DNA of 64,000 bases from assembly GCA_002269645.1 (NCBI GenBank), contig NIVC01001356.1:62001-126000 (forward strand). The letters are read 5' to 3'. This DNA is from Macrostomum lignano (taxonomy: Eukaryota). This document shows, piece by piece, positions 30,761 to 64,000 of the stretch (its first letter is position 1; every line of letters begins with the position of its first letter). The translations under genes were made by a program, and so were the position numbers. A model generated the notes under the pieces. That model saw nothing but the letters and a program-made list of their open reading frames with translations. It had not been told where the DNA came from and made no database searches.

Positions 30761-32048
30761 GTTGAAATGGTGAATTGTTAGGACCATAAAAAAATTAATT
30801 AAAAATTTCAGATAAAAAACTAGCCCGAAAAATCGTCCCAGTCAGCACATTATAAGATTTGATCATAATAAGCAATCACATGGCAATCACAATTAAAAAT
30901 AATTTACTTTTTAATCTCTTAGTACATGTATATTTTGCAATTCATCAAGAGGAAATACTGATTGGATAATCTGAGGCAGAGTTTTTTCTATTTAAATAAA
31001 GCAGATAACATTTGTTTTAATTACGCGCAAAAAAATATACGCTAATACAACAAGTTACACTCTTATAGTAGGATCCGATACATCAAATTTGAAAATAATG
31101 CAACAAATTTAAACGTTTAGGCTAAAAATGTTGGTGAATTTGAACCATTCTATCTTTTTTAATTAACAAACAGTAGGTTTAGGTGTACCAGACACTTTGA
31201 GTAATTTATGCAGCAAGTATAGGCTATGTTAAGCTTTGGAAAAAGTGCAGAAAGAATTTAAATAAACCGTAAAGTTAAAAATATCTGAGCAAAAATCAAA
31301 AGTTTAGTACGGTAGTAATAATACTAGCTGACTAGCTGTATATACTGTAGTTTATATATTATATTAGTGTATATATAGTTGATATAAATCCATTACATGT
31401 ATTAGACAGAGTTAATAATTATATAATACAAGCAACTTAAAATTTTTTTACCGTAAATACTAGCTCATTTGTATATTTCTACTTGCATGCCAAAAAGCTC
31501 TTCAAGGTTTCCTGACTATTTCTCAGAACATTTACGTCAAGTATGGGATAGTTTTTAAGCTTCAAATTTCAATGGGTTTAAACTTCACTATTGCTTGGAA
31601 TGTGGTATTCTTTCAACAGGATATTTTAGGTTTGTATACAAAATTGAGCATTTGTTAGAATTCAACATTTCTTAGAATACGCTTTTTTTCTTAGAATGCA
31701 ATACTTCTTTAATCTGTGATAATTTTGAATGCGGTGTTTGTCATATTTCTTAGAAATTAGAAAACAGTGTTTCGTAGAAATTTTTTACTTAGAATGCATG
31801 CACTTTCTTAGAAAAAAATTAGAATAGCTTGAAGATTTCTTAGAATGCGAATTATCTTAGAATGTGATATGTAAATAATAATTTTTCCATTCCATCCAAG
31901 CTTTTGAGAAAATAAAAACTATGCTAGACTTCTTCAACGATACGAAATTTGAAGCTTAAGCTCACGGATTACGTACATGGCGAATACGTAAAAGCAAATC
32001 CTTCAATACCAAAATAAACTGCTACTAAAAGATCACAAGCAACAACAA

Positions 32049-55752
<23,704 letters not shown>

Positions 55753-57329
55753 CTCCGCTTGTCTAGTCGCTTTTTACTAGCATTGGTCACAGCTTCATGT
55801 TAAAAATCAGCGTTGTATTAATTGGTGCATGTAGCTTTTTAAACTTAAGTTATGGTCTTAAAAAGTAACGCTGTAGAATACTAGAAGCCACAGTACTAAC
55901 GCATAATTTGAAAATGTTATTTGTACCACGAAAACTACAAAATCATTAGAAAAAGACTAAAACCAAAAAAGTAACTTTTTATTTTAAATATCTAAAGCAG
56001 AAGCTGACCAACGCAGATTAAACATCAAAATAGTGTTAAATTAGCAGTTTCAATTTGTTTTAAATAAAGAGTTCTAACGGTGTTTATTATAACAGTTTTA
56101 TAATTTACATTACCACGCAGATGTCTGTATCCGATGCTCTTTAGTCCAACCTTACCGGACAGAGACGATGTTATATGTACATGTACATGTATGTTAGACC
56201 AGATAATTATTTAGTCACGAGCCTATACAAATCATTTTGTCACGATCCTAGGCAAAAAGACTGTCATAATGCGCATGCGGCTACGTTACCTTGTACAGAA
56301 AAGCTACTTTCTACATAATTGTATCAAGGACTACTAGCAGCATATACTGCTAGTGGTCCTTGAATTGTATACATGTAGTTTCTATCCGAGCTTCATACAT
56401 TATATAATCAAAAATAATCCGAGAATCTAACTTGCATGTATGTGCGTCCGTTACTGAAATGATATGTTGGTAATTTTTAGGATGGGCTCACCCACACACC
56501 CACTTAATCGATCATTCACTCATTCGATCGCTATAACTTTTTTTGCTTATCACTAACGCGTGATCTTAGCTAATTTTAGACAATTTCTACTCAAATGCAT
56601 GCGCCCCGCTTGTACATGTACATGTTGTACATTATTAATACGATTGCTTCATTATTTAAATCAAATTTTGGCAACCCCATCTTCTTGGCAGCGCATTTAC
56701 ATAATTCAGGGTTATAACTTCTTCTTTGGCTATAATAAAAAAGCAAATCTCTAGAGATGTTTTGCTGCTTTACCCTCGCAGCTTGGCCCATAAATTCACA
56801 GCAGCATCATTGAGGCAGCAGCGCGCGCGGCCGCCAAATTAATTGTTCGTGTGGAAGCTGCTGCTGAATGCCTGCTCCCGCTGAATGCCTGCCCCCGCCC
56901 CTGCCAAAGTCCGCGGGGCGGGGGCTGAAGGCGTGCGCAACTTTCCATTTTTTATTTCTTTATTACCATCCAAATTTATAAGGTTATTATAGGTTCAGGT
57001 CTACACACTGTATCTGCTTTGTGCCAGAAATCTTATTTGGAGATACATGTATTGTATTGTACACAGTAACCATATAGGTAAGAAATATAATAAACAATGA
57101 AATTACAATGTGAATATATATTCATTTTTTATTGCCTGTAGCAAGAGTGTATGCTTAATTGGTTAAAACAAAACAGAAATATATTTACTTACCTTAGTTA
57201 TAATTACTAAGCTTTATTTTTATAATTACTGGGTTAATTTTCAACAACACGGTTACGCGTCATGATCTGTGTCGACTTGTTGGGGTTATAAAGTTTACGA
57301 GCGTAAATGCGGACATTTTAGAATGAAAC

Positions 57330-57830
57330 TAAGGGTGAGATTAGGGACCTAAGGGTGAGATTAGGGACCTAAGGGTGAGATTAGGGACCTAAGGGTGAGA
57401 TTAGGGACCTAAGGGTGAGATTAGGGACCTAAGGGTGAGATTAGGGACCTAAGGGTGAGATTAGGGACCTAAGGGTGAGATTAGGGACCTAAGGGTGAGA
57501 TTAGGGACCTAAGGGTGAGATTAGGGACCTAAGGGTGAGATTAGGGACCTAAGGGTGAGATTAGGGACCTAAGGGTGAGATTAGGGACCTAAGGGTGAGA
57601 TTAGGGACCTAAGGGTGAGATTAGGGACCTAAGGGTGAGATTAGAGAGCTAAGGGTGTGAGATTAAAAAACTGAGGGTAAGATTAGAGACCTAAGGGTGA
57701 GATTAAGAAACTAAGGGTGAGATTAGGAACCTAAGGGTGAGATTAAGAAACTAAGGGTGAGATTAGGAACCTAAGGGTGAGATTAAGAAACCATAAGATG
57801 AAAGACCTAAAGGTGAGATTAGGGATTAGG
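57330..57830. repeat. Tandem array, 20 bp unit (AAGGGTGAGATTAGGGACCT)
   Basis: Direct. Confidence 0.95.
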
Positions 57831-58271
57831 AACTCAAGAGCGAGACGGGGATCTGAAGGCGACAGTAGGGATCCAAGCCCATATTTAAGGATAAGAGCAT
57901 GGATATTCTTGAGCTAAAAATTTTCCATGAATCATTGCGAATTTTAGGAATCGAGCAGACTGAAAAAAGCAAACTAATTATCACACCCGGATTATAGATT
58001 TTGTAGCCTATAATTTTAAACGGACTGCAACTTTGCAGCAATCCTTGAAATACTCTTTTAGAGACAAAACCTATGGACGCTGGGTAAAATTATTAGTTTG
58101 GACAAGATCTGCATAGAGGTTTGATAGATTACTTTTAAATAATTAGGGCTACTCTCTGCGCTTAGAGCAGCTGCTGCAAGAAGACGACTTTCTTCACGCG
58201 TATAAGTGTCGCTCCAGGCATAAGCTATACATATAGGTCATTATAGCAGCTGTGAGTTCATGGCTTTCAGG

Positions 58272-59057
58272 TGTGTCATAGCTTCCATGTGGGTCATAGC
58301 TTCCATGTGGATCATAGCTTCCATGTGGATCATAGCTTCCATGTGGGTCATAGCTTCCATGTGGGTCATAGCTTCCATGTGGATCATAGCTTCCATGTGG
58401 ATCATAGCTTCCATGTGGATCATAGCTTCCATGTGGATCATAGCTTAGCTTCCATGTGGATCATAGCTTCCATGTGGGTCATAGCTTCCATGTGGATCAT
58501 AGCTTCCATGTGGGTCATAGCTTCCATGTGGATCATAGCTTCCATGTGGATCATAGCTTCCATGTGGATCATAGCTTAGCTTCCATGTGGATCATAGCTT
58601 CCATGTGGGTCATAGCTTCCATGTGGATCATAGCTTCCATGTGGATCATAGCTTCCATGTGGATCATAGCTTAGCTTCCATGTGGATCATAGCTTCCATG
58701 TGGGTCATAGCTTCCATGTGGATCATAGCTTCCATGTGGATCATAGCTTCCATGTGGATCATAGCTTCCATGTGGATCATAGCTTCCATGTGGATCATAG
58801 CTTCCATGTGGATCATAGCTTCCATGTGGATCATAGCTTCCATGTGGATCATAGCTTCCATTTGGGTCATAACTTCCATGTGGATCATAGCTTCCATTTG
58901 GGCCATAGCTTCCATGTAGGTCATAACTTCCATGTGGGCCATAGCTTCCATGGTGGTCATAACTTCCATGTGGGTCATAGCTTCCATGTGGATCATAGCT
59001 TCCATGTGGGTCATGGCTTCCATGTGGATCATAGCTTCCATGTGGGTCATGGCTTCA
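58272..59057. repeat. Tandem array, 18 bp unit (CATAGCTTCCATGTGGAT/GT)
   Basis: Direct; occasional 5-nt insertions (TTAGC). Confidence 0.95.
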
Positions 59058-59559
59058 TTTGAGTCATCGCAAACGTCCGTTTGGGTCATTACTTATACAT
59101 GTATCGTGATATTGTGTGTAAAGCATGGCTGGCCTTATAGTTCGCGGTAAATATCAAAGGAAGAAAGTGCAAGTTTGTGCGTCGGTGAAGGACTACCAAG
59201 TCTATAGCAGATCAATTTTAATTTTCATCCAACAAAAACTGTTTTTTCAAACAGCACTGGATGCTGGGAAGATTCAGCGGATTATGGCTCTGGCTTATTG
59301 TTCGTCACTTTGGACTTGGGGTCCAGCTGATTAAAGAGTTTGTTATACGGATAAAATATTTCTGAACCTTATTTACGCTGAGCGAGATTAAATATACGTA
59401 TCATATAGGATAGTGAGATCAAAATAACCTTGGAATAAGATTTGAGGTCTTTGAAGCGAGATAATATATATTTGATAAGATATATCTAGATAAGATATAT
59501 TTGGAGTTGATTAGACATCTTTGAGATGAGATAGGATGTCTTGAAATGAGATTAGAGAT

Positions 59560-60600
59560 ATTTGTAGCGGATTAGAAGTCTGGAACTGATATTAGAAGTA
59601 TTGTAGTGAGATTAGAAATATGAAAATGAGATCGAAGATCTGGAATAAGATTAGATATCTTTGTAGTGAGATTAGAGGAGTGAAAATGAGATAGAAGATC
59701 TGGAATAAGATTAGATATCTTTGTAGTGAGATTAGAGGAGTGAAAATTAGATAGAAGATCTGGAATGAGATTAGATATCTTTGTAGTGAGATTAGAAGAG
59801 TGAAAATGAGATAGAAGATCTGGAATGAGATTAGATATCTTTGTAGTGAGATTAGAGGAGTGAAAATGTGATAGAAGATCTGGAATGAGATTAGATATCT
59901 TTGTAGTGAGATTAGAAGAGTGAAATGAGATAGAAGGTCTGGAATGAGATCAGATATCAATTTGTAGTGAGATTAGAGGAGTGAAAATGAGATAGAAGAT
60001 CTGGAATTAGATTAAATATCAATTTGTAGTGAAATTAGAAGTATGAAAATGAGATCGAAGATCTGAAATGAGATTAGATATCTTTATAGTGAGATTAGAA
60101 GAGTGAAAATGAGATCGAAGATCTGGAATGAGATTAGATATCTTTGTAGTGAGATTAGAAGAGTGAAAATGAGATAGAAGGTCTAGAAGAGATTAGACAT
60201 CTTTGTAGTGAGATTAGAAGAGTAAAAATGAGATAGAAGGTCTGGAATGAGATCAGATATCTTTGTAGTGAGATTAGAAGAGTAAAAATGAGATAAAAGA
60301 TCTGGAATGAGATTAGATATCTTTGTAGTGAGATTAGAAGAGTGAAAATTAGATAGAAGGTCTGGAATGAGATTAGATATCTTTGTAGTGAGATTAGAAG
60401 AGTGAAAATTAGATAGAAGGTCTAGAAGAGATTAGACATCTTTGTAGTGAGATTAGAAGAGTAAAAATGAGATAGAAGGTCTGGAATGAGATTAGATATC
60501 TTTGTAGTGAGATTAGAAGAGTGAAAATTAGATAGAAGGTCTGGAATGAGATTAGATATCTTTGTAGTGAGATTAGAAGAGTGAAAATGAGATTAGAGAT
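59560..60600. repeat. Tandem array, ~57 bp unit (GTAGTGAGATTAGAAGAGTGAAAATGAGATAGAAGATCTGGAATGAGATTAGATATCTTT-like)
   Basis: Direct; about 17 copies. Confidence 0.92.
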
Positions 60601-61459
60601 TTCAGAATAAGAATAGTTATCTTCGGGAGCTAAGACGAAAACTATTAGAATGTTATAGATCCTGTCAGTGAGATCTAGAAAAGAGATTAGACTAACTGAG
60701 AATGTAGATTAGAGTGGCTAGTTATGAATAGATGCTAGGAAGGTTGAAAATTCCAGTCTTGTCAAAAATCTCAAGATCGTCCATTCCAGTTCGAATTCGC
60801 AAGCGCTGAATGAATTGCTGCAGTCTTAATTAACCAGCGTACATGTAAGTTTAGTTTCTTCACGTTTTTTTACCGAATTGTTTCAATTGGACCAATGAGA
60901 AGCGAGTGGGCTGGGGTTGCGTCTGCTCCCTTCTCTCTCTGTCCCTCTATTTCTTACCTTACCCTTACTGATTTATAAGCATTTGCAAGTAGCGAACCGA
61001 CCGGTCCCAACACGACTGGCAGGGCCCGAAGTTACCACCAAAAGCTTTACTTATAACACAACTAGCTGGAATTCCCGCAGCAACCAACCAGAGACAAGCG
61101 GGACCTGCAGTCATCCACCCTCGGGAAACCTATTGAAAACTGTACAGTTAAGCGCACGTAAGGTGATTTTCTCTGTTTATCTAAGGCCAACCACTGCCAA
61201 CACGAAGGACTAAGTTGACTCCTCTGCTCCCCAGCCGGCCAACCAGACCTGCGCCCCCCCCCCCACTAAAATCCCTTTCCAGGTCCTAAAAAAGATTTTG
61301 ACAAGGCATTTAGGTTTAGTTATAGATACTTCCCAGTACCAGTCTGCAGACAGAAAAACAGAACAACGAATTGTTAAAAGAAACGGAGGATCAAAGTTAA
61401 AGTTGACGGGCCAGCTTTAAAACTAAAAAGGTAAGATGATTGATTTTCAACTGCTTTCG

Positions 61460-61780
<321 letters not shown>

Positions 61781-62225
61781 CGGGATGCTTGTCTTATAAT
61801 CTTTAATCCAGTCTTGTCGTCTGAGATTGTGAATCGACCAAATCTTCTTAGCCGCCTCCTGAATTAATAAAAATCTGAATTAGAGACAGTCGTGGCGACA
61901 CAGAAAAAATTTGCATTTGTTGAATCAGCTGAGCACACAGCTCAGGGCCACGAGCGACGCGTGGACTAAGACAAGTTGGAGACAGTTAAACTAAGAATGT
62001 CTACAGCACTAAATTATGAGATTTCCCAGGAAAGGAGAGATTTCCCAGGAAATTATGAAGTACTGAGATTTTCTAGGAAAAAATATTTTGGATGCCTTTT
62101 TTGCTCATTTGCGCAAACTTGGTCACTTATACAACTTTCTGTGAATTTTCTTCACAATTTTTATTCAATGATAAAATTATTTTAAATATTTGTTAGCGTC
62201 TTTCTAGGCGCCCATCTGACACAAA

Positions 62226-62543
62226 AGAATGGATTGCTAATCTATAGAATGGATTGCTAATCTATAGAATGGATTGCTAATCTATAGAATGGATTGCTAA
62301 TCTATAGAATGGATTGCTAATCTATAGAATGGATTGCTAATCTATAGAATGGATTGCTAATCTATAGAATGGATTGCTAATCTATAGAATGGATTGCTAA
62401 TCTATAGAATGGATTGCTAATCTATAGAATGGATTGCTAATCTATAGAATGGATTGCTAATCTATAGACTGGATTGCTAATCTATAGACTGGATTGCTAA
62501 TCTATAGAATGGATTGCTAGTCTATAGAATGGATTGCTAATCT
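62226..62543. repeat. Tandem array, 20 bp unit (AGAATGGATTGCTAATCTAT)
   Basis: About 16 copies; the unit equals the core of the 33-bp array at 15319. Confidence 0.96.
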
Positions 62544-63777
62544 GATGAAACCCAAAAGTAGCGCTCTCTTGACACTCAAATGTACTTAGAGAAACCGATT
62601 ATTCCTTTTCAAAGCAGTCTTCAAAATTATCCAATTTTGTCTAAACCCGCAACAGACTGCCAAAAAAGACGTTAGTAAAGTATATGGCGTTTAAAAAGAC
62701 CGCAGAAGGCCATATTACACAATACCAGCTATTATACGCAGTACATCTTATAAATGCTTGTAAGTCCGGAAAATTCAGACAAGCAGAAGCCGACCCCCCC
62801 CCCCTCCCAACTCTCTCACCTGCATGCTTCCTCTTTTTCCTTTCTGTCCCGATAGAAATTTCCTTTATAAAGCCAAACAGCTCGTGGAGATGGCGAGAAG
62901 GGGAGAGACAGAGAGGGAGGCAGGAAGAGTGGCCCTAGCTGCCGGCCCAGTGACTGTCACCTCACGTGTTGTTTTTCACAAGCCAACGGTGTGAAAATTG
63001 GTGTTGCAATTATAAAAAAATTCTATAATTAACAAGAAGAAACAGGCGCGCGTGACTCTCGCATCGCGAGCCTTGGTTCGATTCCACATGAATTTGGACT
63101 GTACATCCTGTTTGAGCGTGTGTACAGTATTGGCGCAATGAATGCGCAACACCCGGCCAGTATATCGCAAAAATGCCCACCTGAAAAATACGAAAGTATT
63201 ATTAATTAGATGACGAGGCATTTCACCTTAATAGTACAGTTATTATTACTCCTGCCGTTCACTCAAAATTACGTTAATTTTTGCGGTTTCTTTTATAGGT
63301 AAGTCGCATGGCCATTGTAAATCGGGTGGGTTGCGCATGTACGTGCTGGCGTGCTTGATTCCGCCCAGGAGTCAGGAGTCAGCGTAATGTGCAGAATTGC
63401 CATCAGCATTTATTTATTTAGTAACGTAGATCCGTAAAATCTAAAATTTGAAACTCTGTCTCCAATCAGCATATGCGGTTTAGCAGCTGTTTCCAATAAA
63501 TCATCTTTTTTGCTGGTTTGCGTTTCCATTTCTACGCCTAATTTGACCTTGTAATGCACTTTGCACAACTAGAACGCTTCTGTTCTGTCCGAATGGCCAT
63601 ATCTCTATACAATACCAATGCTTGTTGTGGAATTTAGAGCTTAGAAGGGCATGCATCATCCATGCATGGCTTAGAAGTTTTAGAAGCTTCGTGTATTTTA
63701 TAAGCTGGATTTTTCCTCGGCTAAGCCCGATACTCGTGACTTCATTTGAACTTGGTAACGTCAGTAAGTTCGACAAT

Positions 63778-64000
63778 TTATAAGCTCGATAACTTCATTA
63801 AGCTCGATAACTTCATTAAGCTCGGTATTTTATAAGCTTGATAACTCCATTAAGCTCGATATTTTATAAGCTTGATAACTTCATTAAGCTCGGTATTTTA
63901 TAAGCTTGATAACTTCATTAAGCTCGATGTTTTATAAGCTTGATAACTTCATTAAGCTCGGTATTTTATAAGCTTGATAACTCCATTAAGCTCGATATTT
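63778..64000. repeat. Tandem array of AAGCTTGATAACTTCATT / AAGCTCGGTATTTTAT subunits, running off the window end
   Basis: Direct. Confidence 0.85.

Noticed and set aside
30780-32040. AT-rich stretch resembling DNA-transposon interior (similar at 16870-17300)
   Set aside because: No terminal inverted repeats, target duplication or transposase remnant could be identified by eye
57330-57660. Interstitial telomeric repeat (contains TTAGGG)
   Set aside because: Only one TTAGGG per 20-bp unit; not a (TTAGGG)n tract
60917-61213. 98-aa ORF with a hydrophobic N-terminus
   Set aside because: Starts at TTG, has no recognisable domain and no consistent exon chain
62976-63221. Minus-strand ORF / exon-like segment after a strong TTTTTCAG acceptor
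   Set aside because: All frames stop within about 70 codons and show no motif; it may be untranslated exon sequence, which cannot be supported here

Overview
Eukaryotic (metazoan) genomic DNA with spliceosomal introns, most of them filled by their own tandem-repeat array. Gene models were rebuilt by hand from splice sites, intron phase and protein motifs. The window holds: (1) a mitochondrial-type alanyl-tRNA synthetase (AARS2-like, + strand, 8 exons, 5' end outside the window, stop 7945) with a tRNA-derived CORE-type SINE in intron 4; (2) an MTERF4-like gene just downstream on the same strand, whose main first coding exon has no ATG; (3) a complete cation-type nicotinic acetylcholine receptor alpha subunit (14927-25510, 9 exons, 517 aa, one GC-AG intron); (4) a secreted PAN-like + fibrinogen-C (FReD) pseudogene on the - strand, broken by what looks like a Tc1/mariner excision footprint (TACAGTA); (5) a ~3,950-aa single-pass mucin-like membrane protein of the KIAA1549/UPF0606 family (- strand, 55752-32049), including one 9.6-kb Thr/Ala repeat exon. 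The most interesting structural signals are complementary intronic repeats bracketing exon blocks in two genes (possible back-splicing or in-frame exon skipping), and a possible AARS2-MTERF4 operon. The sequence style is compatible with a flatworm such as Macrostomum, but that is inference. No CRISPR/cas, rRNA or intact tRNA gene is supported. No database searches were run; family calls rest on recalled motifs.
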